Source: the human T2T-CHM13v2.0 reference genome, Homo sapiens
Strand: one strand, 5' to 3'
Assembly (NCBI RefSeq): GCF_009914755.1
Contig: NC_060925.1
Length of the DNA: 64,000 nucleotides
Of this stretch, positions 42,859 through 55,916 are shown piece after piece. Below the pieces are notes generated by a model. That model did not search any database. It was not told where the DNA came from and worked only from the letters and a program-made list of their open reading frames with translations. The stretch's first letter is position 1. Each line of letters starts with the position of its first letter. The position numbers and the translations under genes are program-made.

Positions 42859-43178
42859 GGCCAGGCGTGCTGACTCACGCCTGTAATCCTAGCACTTTGG
42901 GAGGCTGAGGAGGGCAGATCACTTGAGGTCAGGAGTTTGAGACCAGCCTGGGCAACATGGTGAAACTTCATTTCTACTAAAAGTACAAAAATTAGCCGGG
43001 CATGGTGACGTTCACCTGTAATCCCAGCTACTCATGTGGCTGAGGCACGGTAATTGCTTGAACCTAGGAGGCAGAGGCTGCAATGAGCCGTGATCCCGCC
43101 GCTGCACTCCAGCCTCTCCAGCCTGGGCAACAGAGCGAGACTCCGTCTCAAAATAAACAAACAAACAACAAAACAAAA
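42859..43178 (+). mobile_element. Alu (AluSx/Sz-like), full length
   Basis: ggccaggcgtgctgactcacgcctgtaatcc...gagcgagactccgtctc with a (CAAA)n tail. Confidence 0.95.
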
Positions 43179-44388
43179 CCTTCCACTAAGGAAACTCTAG
43201 GCCTAGATAGCTTCCCTAGTAAATTCTACGACACACTTCAGGAAGAAATAATGCTAATTCTATAAATCTCTTTTAGAAAGTTGAAGAGAAGGGACTAGAT
43301 CCCAATTCATTCCTTGAACATTACATTATTATCCAAACCAGACAAAGGTATTACATGAAAATGAAACAATATATAAAAAAGATAATATATAATTGCCACT
43401 TGGGATTTAATCATAGAAAATAAATATTGATTTAACATATGAAAGTCAAATTTGCCGCATTAATAAAAACAAAAATTATATCATCATTTCAATGGATGCA
43501 GAAGAGCATTTGAGAAAAATCTGACATCTATTACTGATGAAAACTTGCAGCAAACTAGGAATAGAAGGCAATGTCCTCAACTTAATGAAGGGCATTTATG
43601 AGAAACTACAGATAATGTCATACTTAATGGTAAGAGACTTAATGTTTTTCCTCTAAGATCTGGAATAAGGCAAGGATATACTCTCTCATGACTTCTATTT
43701 GACATTTTACTGGACATTCTAGCCATTGCTACAAGTCAAGAAAAAGAAATAAAAGGCAATCAGATTGCAAAGGAAGAATAAAACATGGTGTCTATATTAC
43801 AAAATCTGCTGGACTCTACATAAGGAAAGCTACAAGAACAACTGAATTTAATAAGAGTTAAAGAATAAGAGATCAACATACAAAAATCAATTGTATTTCT
43901 ATATCTCACAATGAACAACATAAATTAAAATATTAAAACTCATTTATAATAGCATCAAAATGAAATATGAAATAATTACAGATAAATATGACAAAAGATG
44001 TATATGACCTTAACTCTGAAAACTGCAAAACACTTCTGAGAATTAAAGACCTAAATAAATGAGGAGTATAGTATGTTCAGTGATTAGAAGACTCAGTCTT
44101 GTTAGGATGTCAATTTTCCTATATTGATCTACAATTCAATGAGATTCCAATCAAAATCTCAACAAGCTTTTTTATTGGTGAAGTTGACAAGGTGATCGCA
44201 AAATTCATTTGACATGCAAAGGACCAAGGAAACCCAAAACACCTATGAAAAAAGGAAAAGAACAAATTTGGACTAACATTGTCTGACTTCAGGACGTCTT
44301 ATTAGCTACAGTAATCAAGACAGCATCACATTGGTACAAAGATGGACAAAGAAATCAATGTAACAAAATAACAGTCCAGAAACAGACC

Positions 44389-44560
44389 TACATATACATA
44401 TATATGAAGATATATATACACACACATATAGATACACACACATATAAAGATACACACACACGGCATATATACACATAAAGATATATATATATACACACAT
44501 ATATAGTACATATAAATATATGTGCACATACACATAAAGATATATATACACACATATGTA
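44389..44560. repeat. Degenerate (TA)/(CA) low-complexity array with recurring cataaagata unit
   Basis: Read directly; it generates three overlapping spurious ORFs. Confidence 0.9.
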
Positions 44561-45191
44561 TGGACAACACATTATCTACAAACTTACAAAGGCAATCCAG
44601 TGGAGAAATAATTGCGTTTTCAACAAATGCTGCTGGAGCACCTAGATATCCACATGTAAAAAAACCTTAGTACCATATACAAAAAAAAACCTCAAAATGA
44701 ATCATAAATCTAAATGTAAAACCTAAAACTATAAGCCTTCTAGAAGATAACAAAGGAGAATGTCTTTGTAACTTTGGGGTAGGCAAAGATTTGTTAGATG
44801 TAATACCTTTAGCATGATCCATATAAAGAACAAATTAACAAATTGGACTACATCAAAGGTAAAAACTTCTGTTCTATGTATAACATTATCAAGAGAATAA
44901 AAAAAAAGCCACAGATTAGGAGAAGCATATGGAAATAAAATATTTTATGAAGGACTTTTACCCAAAATATCTAGGGAGCTCTCAAAGCCAAATAATAAAA
45001 AAATGCATGGCTCATTAAAAAGCTGACAAAATATTTGAACAAGCACTTCACCAGCAAAGTTATATAGATGGTAAACAAGCACACAAAAAGATGTTCAACA
45101 TTATTAATGAATTAATGATTAAAGAAATGCAAATCAAAACTGCAATGAGACACCACTATATACCTGCTAGAATAAATAAAATTTAAAAGAC

Positions 45192-45470
45192 TGGCTCATG
45201 CTTGTAATCCTAGCTACTTGGCAGGCTGAAGTGGGAGGGATGCTTGAGGCCAGGAGTTTGAGAATAGCCTGGGCAACTTAGCTAGACACTATCTCTAAAA
45301 AATTAGCCAGGCATGGTGATACATGCCTGTTGTTCCAACTACTCAGGAGGCTGAGATGGGAAGATGGCTTGAGCCCAGGAGTTTGAGGCTACAGTGAGCT
45401 ACGATTGTAGTACCACACACTCCAGCCTGGGCAACAGAGGAAGACCCTGTATTTAAAAAAAAAAAAAAAA
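45192..45470 (+). mobile_element. AluJ, slightly 5'-truncated
   Basis: tggctcatgcttgtaatcc...ttgagcccaggagtttgaggctacagtgagct...poly-A. Confidence 0.92.
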
Positions 45471-47588
45471 GAATGACCACACCAAATGTTGGCAAGGATA
45501 AGAGGCACCTAAAACTCACAAATACAGTTGGGAGAAATGTAACATGGTATAGGCACTTTGAGTAACAATTTAATAATTTCTCAAAAACTTAAATGTATAT
45601 CTACATATGATCTATATATTCCCCTCTTGGCATTAGTATCTAAGAAAAATAAAAGCATTATGTCCATACAAAGAATTATATTTGAATGTTCATAGAAGCT
45701 TCATTTGCAATAGCCAAAAACTAGTGGCAACCTGAAAGTCCATCAACAGGTTAACGGGTAAACAAATTGTGCTATCTCCACACATGGAACGATAATCAGC
45801 GATAAAAAGAAAGAACTATCATTACACATAACAACGTGATGGAATCTCAAGATAATCATGTTGTGTGAAATAAGCCATACAAAAAACAATATATGCTATG
45901 TGATGCACATCAAATTCTAAAAAAATACAAACTCATCTCCAGTCTGAAAGCAGAACAGTGGTTGCTGAGGGTTGTTGCGCAAGGCGGAACAAAGCAACAG
46001 GAAGGAGCATGATGGAGGGATTACCAAGGGGCACAAAAACTTTTAGGGATGATATTGGATATGTTTATTATCCTGATTATAGTGATAGTTTCACTTATAT
46101 ATATGTATGTACGTATGTGTGTGTTCAAACTTATCAAATTGTACACTTAAACTATGCACAGTTTACCATCCATCTCAAAGCTGTTTTTATATAAAGTTGC
46201 ACTAATGATCCAAGAAGGAGTAGTTTCTGCAAGAGGCTGGCTTATGAATAGGACATGGAGTGGTAGAAAGTGAGCATAGACTACTTCCCCAACAAGCTTA
46301 GCTTTGGTTGTGGAGAGGAAGAGGGTGAAAGAGTGTCTGGCATGACCAGACAAAAGGCTGAGTTATGTGTTTAATATGGGAGGAGACTGAGCATATTTAT
46401 ATACTATAGAAAATGAGCCAGTGGAGAGAATGAAGTTGAAAATTTAGGAGTCAAAAGCCAGCTGATGGAATACGGGATAAAAAGTCCAAGAAGAAAGATA
46501 AGTCTTGAATGTGAGGAACCTTATGGCTACAAATGCAAGTATGTTTTCTGGTTAAGCTGACAGACACAGAAGTGGTCTGAAGAGGTGGTAGAATTCAAGT
46601 CTGTTGTTCTCTCTTTTCTTTTTCTGGGAAGGATGAAGTTTGGAAGGAGTGGGATACTTAAGAAGAATGGTGGAGCTTTGGAAAAATCACTGGCTACCAC
46701 AATTGAAATGGTGGTTAGAGACAAACGTTCAATCTTTGGGCACTCTTATATAACAAGATGACAGACAATAAAATAGATGTAAGCAAATAAAATAGCTGTC
46801 CCTTCTGCATGTGCACAATTGATTATTATCCAACAGTCTTTTCTCTGATTTCTCTCTTTTTACCTCTAACCACATTTCACTCGTGATAACCTTTCTGTTG
46901 GTCCTCACTTATTTTTCCCTCAATGCACAATAGATTTTTTAACGAATTCTTTCCTCAACATCATTGGGAAATATTTCTAACATACACATGAAATTCGAGA
47001 ATTTAATGAACAGCTTTACTCAATCTTAACATAATACCATATTTACCTAAGTTCAAAAAAAGTTTCAACCAAATAAAAAGGTCCACCGGCCAAGAGAGAT
47101 TTCATCATGGGCAAACATCAACATGCTCACTTACTTTTCACATTTCATAGATTTTATGAATAATGACCAGAGCACCTCTGAGAACTCCAGGTATTACTGT
47201 GGGTAGGTAAAAAGCAAATATGGTCAGAAATGGCCACAGGCAAGCTAATTAGGTAGTTCCCCTGAAGTGAACTGTTAATATATTAAAGCCATGCAAATTA
47301 GATCATACCCAGAGGTCCTTGGTTTGGAAAAAATGCTCTGGTAAAGTAGGAATTTTTAATAAAAATGATAATTATGACCCCACAGCACTGATAGTATTTT
47401 TCTCTAGTGTTCCAATTTTTGTTGCAACTTTGGCATTAGTAAATATAAAAAAGGTTAATAAAAAATATTTTCCGCATATCATGTAAAGTTTCTGAAGCTG
47501 AAAGCATGCAGTTTCTAAAGACAAGAGTCATTTTTCTTTAAGCAGTAATAAATCATGCATTAAATCTAACAAACTGTAATTCGGATAG

Positions 47589-48129
47589 TGTCAGAGGCGT
47601 GTGAACCAGAGCAACTCCATCTTAAATGGGAGCTGGGCAAAATGAGGCTGAAACCTACTCGACTGCATTCCCTGACAATTAAGGCATTCTAAGTCACAGT
47701 ATGAGATAGGAGGTTGGCACAAGATACAGGTCATAAAGACCCTGCTGATAAAACAGGTTGCAGTAAAGAAGCCGGCTAAATCCTACCAAAACCAAGTGAC
47801 CTCTGGTCGTCCTCACTACTACATTCCCATCAGCACCATGACAGTTTACAAATGCCATGGCAACGTCAGGAAGTTACCCAATATGATCTAAAAAGGGGAG
47901 ACATGAATAATCCACCCCTTGTTTAATATTTCATCAAGAAATAACCATAAAAATGGGCAACCAGCAACCCTCGGGGCTGCTCTGTCTATGGAGTAGCCAT
48001 TCTTTTATTCCTTTACTTTCTTAATCAACTTGCTTTTGCTTTGCACTGTGGACTCGCCCTGAATTCCTTCTTGGGCAAGATTTAAGAACCCTCTCTTGGG
48101 GTCTGCATCAGGACCCCTTTCCTGCAACA
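47589..48129 (+). mobile_element. MER41A solo LTR (ERV1), antisense to VAV3
   Basis: tgtcagaggcgtgtgaaccagagcaactccatct...cccctttcctgcaaca with TG...CA ends; 4-bp TSD atag/acag (1 mismatch). Confidence 0.92.
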
Positions 48130-48136
48130 ACAGTAC

Positions 48137-48273
48137 CTGCCAAAACAGACTGTGTGCATCTCCTTTCAGAAGTTCAACGGTATCCCCGGCCTGGAGCTGT
48201 AAAGGGGGTCCTTCATGCAGAGCTGGGGGTGGTGTTCCAGAATAGTTCCTAATGACCTGCATCTTTGGTAAAC
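48137..48273 (-). CDS. VAV3: VAV3 coding exon (~exon 20), 137 nt, first part of N-terminal SH3
   Basis: Acceptor TTTTCAG|GT and donor CAG|GTACTG. Encodes (G)LPKMQVIRNYSGTPPPALHEGPPLQLQAGDTVELLKGDAHSLFWQ; phase 1 to 0. Confidence 0.97.
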
Positions 48274-50418
48274 CTGAAAATAAGCCAAACAAGTTTTAGA
48301 ATTGAGAAAACAATGATGCATGAAGTCTACATGAACTTTACAAAAAATGTCATTATTAACATTAAAAAGTGTTAATACCACCAAGTCCAAGTAAACATTT
48401 TAAGTAACTATAATAGAATGATTTTCAACTTTCTCATTATATGAGATGGTAATAGAATAAGACACATATTTATCCCATGATCCCTGACATAGTTTTCCTC
48501 TCCCTTACCATCAATCTCTTTTTTAGTTGAAAAAATATTTCTCCTTCAGCTGATGCCTGCTTCATAAAAAACACATCACGTACAGTTTAATGGAAAAGAA
48601 TCAATTTTTTCATCAACTCTATCCTTTCTGCCTATTACTTTCCTCTTGGGCACTGGCTGATTTCATCACTGAGGAGGCTCATCCTTTCTGTGTATGTATC
48701 ACATTGCCCAGTATATGGATCATATCTTAAGGTTATCTTTGTAATTCAAAAGCAAAAAGGTGATGGATGTGCCACTGCAATACTTAAGACATTCATATGG
48801 AGAAACTCTTCAGGCTCAAATTTAGGCTTGCAAAACAGACCCAATAAAGGGAATATGTCTAAGCCAATAGCACCAATGATATTTGAAATACAGATCCATT
48901 CCTTCTCTTTGTATTTCTTTGAATGTGCAATGAAGGCCTCAGTTCACGATTTCATTTTTGAGAGAACAGCAGCTTCAATTGAACATGGGTCTAGGTGCAG
49001 CAATACTGGTCACAATGGACAACCTCACAGTCACTTATTCATTTACAGGTGAAACTGCTCCCAACTAAGAGAGGTCCACTCATAAACATGATATTTTTTG
49101 CACATTTAAGGACTGAAGCCTTTATTAAGCTTCAGGACTTTTTATTCTAATGATTAACCATGGTGAAGCTGTAACTGGCTGAAAATGCTGCACTAAACAT
49201 GTAAAGAAGGATGAATGACTGTCATTCAGTTCTAGATGTCCAAGTTACCTAGAAAACTCTCAAAAGCTACATGAAATGCTTCAGCAAACAGTTTATTAAA
49301 GTCCTCAAAATTCTTTTGAACAACATGCCAGAGGGAGAAAAACAAGTGTGGCTATAAACTGAACAGACTAGAAAAGTTTTAGTCAACACTTGTTTATCAA
49401 TCCAATCAGGAGGCAGAGGTTGAAAAACACTGTGCCCTTCACCCCAGTTTAGCTGCTGGGACTGCTGAGGCTTGTCAGGAGTTGCTACATCCTCCTTTGC
49501 TTCTGTTCTTGTGCCGCAGAACCCCCAGAGGGATGATTTTAATCTCACATTCATGGAGCATTTCCCTACCAGATGTTATAAGGTCTCACCCTAACACCAA
49601 CAGCAGATTTCATTGACTTTCCCCTAAACAACACTCTATAAGAGAACTCCTCTCAGTTAAATGTTTAACAGACTTGCTCTCAATACACTGCAAATGCCTT
49701 TAGTATAGAGAGTTTATTTTACATATTCTATTAAGTTGCTACTGCTAATTTAAAATGAAACCTAAATATCCCATACACAAGTGATTAAGAACTCCAACAG
49801 GTGGAAGAGGATGTAATATAAAGTGGAATAATTTTTTAAATGGAGTCTGGTTTGCATGATAGTTAACTCCGTGTTTAAGGGAGAGAATTGCAGTTCACCT
49901 CCTTTTTATTGAGCATACCTAGGGCAAGGAAAGCATCTTGTTTGGTAGACTCCCTGGGTAATTTTGTTTTTCTGACAGTTTTAAATATAGGCGGAAGTCA
50001 AGAAAGAAGATCTTTTAAACCTCAAAGAGCTGATGTGGTCTCAAATACTGGGGCCAGTTCTGAGCCGTGGACTTCACTGCAGTTTTCTGTTGCCAAGAGC
50101 CACAGGGATAAAAAGGGAGCAGCGTCATGTGACAAATGATGGAAAGAGCTGTTTCTTTATTGCCAACATGCCCAAGTCAATCATTCTTAAGAAGAAACAA
50201 CTGAAAATTCACAGAGTGTTTAGGAAAAAATTAACTTTGATGACATTTCACCACCCAAATATATATTAGGGATTAAAATACAGAAATGCCCAGGCTCCAT
50301 AAGAGGCTGTAAGGTGTTAGGGATGGAGCAATGCTGCCTCATATGTCTTTCTGTAGATGGACTGGAATGCCCACCACATGCCCATAACATGTAAAATTAT
50401 ATTTAACACTACAAAGGG

Positions 50419-50457
50419 TACATACTAGTGTATACACTAGTATGTATACACTAGTAT
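50419..50457. repeat. 28-bp perfect palindrome plus 14-bp tandem unit
   Basis: tacatactagtgta|tacactagtatgta at 50419-50446, then tacactagtat again. Confidence 0.92.
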
Positions 50458-53400
50458 ACTCTGGTCAAGTAATAGGACTTAGCTATTCTAGCTTTTCTAG
50501 TCCCACTTATTCCTAAGTTTTTTATTTACTCTATCTTTTCTGGTATTGCTTTCTTCTTGGTTATGAGCTTCATTTAGGAAGTTCACCTAGTAGCACACTA
50601 GTATAGGTATGTTGCTGACCTCTTCCCCAAAGCAAAAATGTGTAACCCTTGCCAAGAATTATGCTTAAGCCCAGGAAATAGCCACTAGGACATTGTCATT
50701 AACCTCTATTCAGCCATAATCAACTTACAAAGTATAGTGTTTCTTCAACTCATATGGTTTTTTGTGGAATGGGTTGTGAGTTTATGATATAATGGAATGT
50801 ATTTTTTTTTTTTGGTCATTTGTTAGGGTTATCTTTGGCAATTTATTTCTTACTGTCAGCACTTCCAATTTCAGCATGATCTGTTGTCAGGGGTACAGAG
50901 ATCAAAGGATAAAAGGAATGAAACAAGGGCACAGCGATATAATGAATTCTGACAACTTGCTCTTTGCTTCTGATTTTAGCATATAGTAGGTGTTCTACAA
51001 TACAGGTGGGATAAATGGTTGCTATCCAAAATGCCCTTTAATATCTTTCCACTTATGAAAAAGGCACCATTACATTGCTAAGAATGTGAACACACTCACA
51101 TTAACTGGAAGACAAAAAATTGCGATTAAGAGGAAATGGGTTAAACCTGACGTCAGCATTCAATCATCAATAAAATTCTTAACACAATCTACTGCCACAG
51201 AAGGCATCACACTTCACAAATGAGATCAAGAACGGAGAATAAATTAGATTTACAGATGTTTATATTTCGAACAGTCATTTAGTATTAATTTAATATAGGT
51301 TTTCTTCTCCCCTTAGAAAATATGCCTCTGATAGGTTTTTAACCTCTGTTTAAAAATGTCCAGGGCAGAACATTCACCACACATCCCCATGACAACTCAG
51401 TCATTGTTGCAGAGTTTATTAATAAGGTCTTCTTGAAACTTACTTAAAAATCTCTACGTAACTTCTCTCCATTGACCTACTGCCTTCCATCTGGAATTAT
51501 GCTGAAGATGGCAAATCTCCTTTTCATAGATTAGTCTTTCAAAATTTGTTCAGGCTTAAAATCACCAGTTCCTTAAAAAACTCCATATTTTCCCTTGGCT
51601 ACCATACTTCAAAGGATGCTGAGGTGCAAAGTAGCGTAAACTACAAAACTTGAACTCTAAGTTTCCTCACTGGCAGTGATTAATTGGAAACAGACAGTCA
51701 TATTCCTTAAAAAATGACAAGAAATACACATTTCATTATATTATAAACTCACAACTAATCTCAGAAAGTTGCTTCTCTCTTCTTGGGAAAATACAGACCC
51801 AACAATTGTTTAGTTTCTCTCCACTCCAGAATTTATTTACAACAGATGTGTTAGCTGAGTTACAGTGTTGCTCACCCAAATATGAATATTTATATTGCAA
51901 CTACCTTCAGACATTAAATGCAAAATAATCACATGTACTTTCACCATATGTATTTGGGCAATCTTAGAAGTTCCTAAAACTTTTATATAATCAATTATAA
52001 TTATCCAAGAGAATATGATTAAAATACTAAGCCAAAATTAGATCTCCTGCCAGATGTTTAATTATTTTACCTTGTTTTATCCCCTACAACAAAAGCTTTG
52101 TTGTACAGCTAACTATGCCCTTAATATATAACTTGACAATTTTGCTCATTAACTTTTGCTCACATTAGTAATTGTGCTTGGTCTTACATCAGACAAAATA
52201 CCCAAGTCAAACTTATGCAGGAGGAATTAACAAACAAATTAGCAATATTAAAAGGATAGTTACACTCTACTAATAGTCGTGTGTTTCTGGTTAAATAAAA
52301 CTAAAGCTACATGTAGGTATGTAGAATGCTGGAGTTTCCCAAAACAATACAGAAGTGTTTTTAAAAGGGGGACCTGAAACAAAATTTCCTTTCAAATCTG
52401 AATTTAGTACCGCTAAGAGTGACACACTCCAAATGACACATGTGCTTTTTTTAAAAGTTAATTCTAAGTAGAACCCTATTAGAAAATTTTCTAGATATAA
52501 ATTGTTTCACTGATAATTTTCACATAAACTTTCAAACTTCAATGAACTGAACAGCTAATTATAGGAGCATCAACCACTGTGTCTTCCAAGCAGGGCAAGA
52601 AGAGCGATTGCTACAACATAGATTAGTATCTATTCATGATGCTGTTATCACTGCCCTAATGCAATGGGCTTCCCCGAGGCAATAACTTAGAGGAGAGTAC
52701 TGCCTACTAGATAAATGGGCTGTAGGTAATATGCTAGCCTTTCACCTCTGAGGCCCAATTTAAAATCTAAACACAGCCACATTAAAAAATAATTAGTTTT
52801 ACAAGATATCAGAACATGTAGATGTTTTATCCTGGGAAACTGATCACAAGCATAACATATTAATTCATTCATCAAATGTGACTTCAGCATTCCATAAGTG
52901 CTGGGCATGGCAGTTTCAGAAGAAAGCAAGGGAAAGTATCCTGCCTTCAAACAGCCTATAGTCAGTCCATGGAATAGACAGACAGGTGAACTCTGAGATA
53001 ACAATACAACTGGGCATGGACCTCCATCCAGAGGGAACTTTAAAACAAATAAATGTTCATATCTATAAAAATTTTCAGAAATTTTCCTTTCATAATTCTT
53101 GGGTAGGACCCTAAAACATGTACATTATTTTTTCTATAAATTTCCTAGGTGTGACATCCAAACTCTAGCCAAGTTTGGGAATCACATTCTTGTGGGTACA
53201 TGTGCAAAACACCATGACCAACACCTACCACTGCCAAATTTGCTTTTGAGAAAATTACAGTGAAATAAGTGCTGCCTGTCATCCTCCCAACTAAAAAACC
53301 CTTTATAAATTAACATCTGGACCTTTCCTGATACAAGTTCACAATCTAAGAATCAGGTCCTAAGAATCAGGTTGAGCCTGGGATGCTAGGTGCTGGGATT

Positions 53401-55234
53401 CCCCTGCCATCACAGCTTATAGGGCTCTTTCTAAGAGAGCATGACTTTTTCATTGATCTGCTGGTCTTCAGAGAGGAGTAAAAGGAACCACGGCATAGAA
53501 TTTTGGTGGAAAAATTCCATGCTACAACAGAAGCAGGCAATTTGGTGGAAAACAAACTGGTCTAAAGAACTGACTGTTCACAAAGGGAACACTCCCCATC
53601 AATAATTTTTAAAATTTTCACCAGAGAAGCCTACATTATTTTTATAAACAATGATGACTCAAATAATGGAAATAGCACTGTCACAGCTCATATAAAAACA
53701 AGGATGAGGCAGAGATGCCTTCCTTCAACTTCATAACCACTGACTAGTCACTCTTTGGCACTGTCTACTGGAGTATTAGTGAATCATGAATCAAGGATGA
53801 AAGATATGATAATGTCTTTGGAAGTTTTTTTCACCTTTATTAAAAAGGTGTTTATAGGCTACCAAATATAAAATAACTATAAAATTTCATGTGTTACTTG
53901 AAAATCCATGCAAATTTAACATTCTGTTCTGTTATACATGTACATTTTATTGGAAAAAATGTTTCCCTAAAATATTTAAGGTCAAAGCTTCAGGAGAAAA
54001 TGCCATGTACTTGGCAGACCCCTGGCAAACAGCTATTCCCAGGGATGTAAGGAATCCAGTTTCAGAAGCATAGCCCTGAGCTATCTTATCATCTTCTTTA
54101 AAGATAGAAAAAGAACACAATTACACAATTTTACAGAGTATTGTCACCTAGTCTAACCACCTTATTTGTCACATTATAAAACTAAATACTAAAATAAATT
54201 GTCTAAAGTCAACAGCTAATCAGAAGCAAAAATGGAACAAAAATCCAATTTATAGACTCTTAGTTCAGGCTTCCCTACTTCAGGTTGGTCATTCTATGCA
54301 ACCTACAGGGAATGAGACTGGTAGAAAAGAGGCCACTTGACATGGCTGATGTATGTTTCAGGATGATCTGAGTACCCGCCACATGTCTGGTGTTATCTTG
54401 GGAAGCAGGAAAGGAGGAGGTAGAACTTTTCTTCAAGTGGTGAACAACTGAGAGCTCACCAATACTAGGCAAATTCCAGGAGGAAGGTAATAACTCCCAG
54501 TAATATATTCTAAAAACAGCCTCAAAAGCCCTCAAAAAACAAACAAACAAACAAAAAGCAAGCACTGTATTGGACAATCTGTAGAACTCTTAGAGCCTGA
54601 CACGTCTGTATGCAGCTCTGTGGACGTGTGAGTTAGCAGCCACAGGGAGTTCTTTCTACATAAGGTTATTATCACCTAAACCACATTATTCTGCTCATCT
54701 GACTACACCCAAGTAATTCAGGGCTGGTGATTAACTTAACTCAAAGACTGCAATAAATAGGCTTAACATGTGAGACACCAGCGGCTGAAGAGGAGGCCAA
54801 GAGAGACAGTCTAAAGGAGCAGCACTCATTGAAGAATATTTGCTCTTACAGAACATGGAAGCAGGAGGCAGATATCTAAGTCAGCAAAGAACAATTTCTG
54901 ACTTCTGTAAACAAAAGATGACTGAGATCACTAGTTTATAAAATGGTTGGTCCAGAAAGATTCCCTTAAAGCCTCCTGTACTCTTCCCTTCTTCTAAGGC
55001 ACTGAGGTCCAGAGTGATTATTGAGATGATCCCCTTGGCTTTTTTTTTGTTGTTGTTAACCTCCTACCATAAACACCCAGCTCCCAGAGCAACTGAGCAT
55101 GTTTTCTTTCTCGCAACCAAAATGAACCATTATCAGTCCACTCATAAAGGATATCTAAAGGAGAAGATAACAGCGTAAAAGTAAAAATGATTAAGGGCAC
55201 TTTGCAAGAACCTAATTTTCCTTCTTTGTTCTAT

Positions 55235-55660
55235 GGGTTCATTCATTTATTCAGCAAATATTTACAGATCATTCATGCATTGATATTGGCTTTGCACTGT
55301 GAATGCTACCATAAATAAGACTGACTACATCCCTCCCTCATAAAGCTCATATTTTAGTGGAGGAGACAAACACAAAAGCAAGTGAATCAATGTAATAATA
55401 CCAGATAAAAGTATCATAAAGAACCACTTAGAAAGAGATTCTGGATTAGAGAGTGACAGGGGTGTGTGTGGAGTGGGGGATGCTTTATTTAAGGGTAGGC
55501 CATCAGGTCAGGGTTAAGACCTGAGGAGAAGACAGTAGGCATTTGGGAGGAAAAATGTAACAGGCAAACTGAGCCATATGCGTGAATGCTCTGAAACTGG
55601 AAAGAACTTGAAAGTACTTGAGGGACAGAAAAAAGGTCAGTGACACTGCATGAAAGCAAT
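55235..55660 (-). mobile_element. L2 3' region, approximate bounds
   Basis: ttcattcatttattcagcaaatattt...ccctcataaagctcatattttagtggaggagaca. Confidence 0.75.
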
Positions 55661-55916
55661 GGATAAAATTTAAACTTGATAATAGGCAGTCTTGAGGGTC
55701 TGGCCCATTTTATTACTCCTTTCCTACACTCATTCTGTGAATTACTTGAAATTTATTGAACAGGTCAAGTTCTCATTAACATACTTTACCTTCTTCCTGG
55801 CATATACTTACTGATGTCTGAATATTCAGCTCATCCACCAACCCAAGGGAAAAAATAATCTGAACTACTATTCTCACTCCTTAAAACTCATATATAATTT
55901 CTACTAATAAACCCAT

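Larger units (their letters stand above)
41830..46170 (+). mobile_element. Old L1 (L1MB/MC class) ORF2 to 3' UTR, carrying nested insertions
   Basis: Degenerate ORF2 (atggacaaattccttgaaa; tctggaataaggcaaggata; atacaaaaatcaattgtatttctata) and an L1M 3' UTR; interrupted by MER47A, two Alus and a simple repeat. Confidence 0.85.

Noticed and set aside
44315-44572. Three overlapping Cys/Val/Tyr/Ile-rich ORFs
   Set aside because: Artefact of a (TA)/(CA) low-complexity array.
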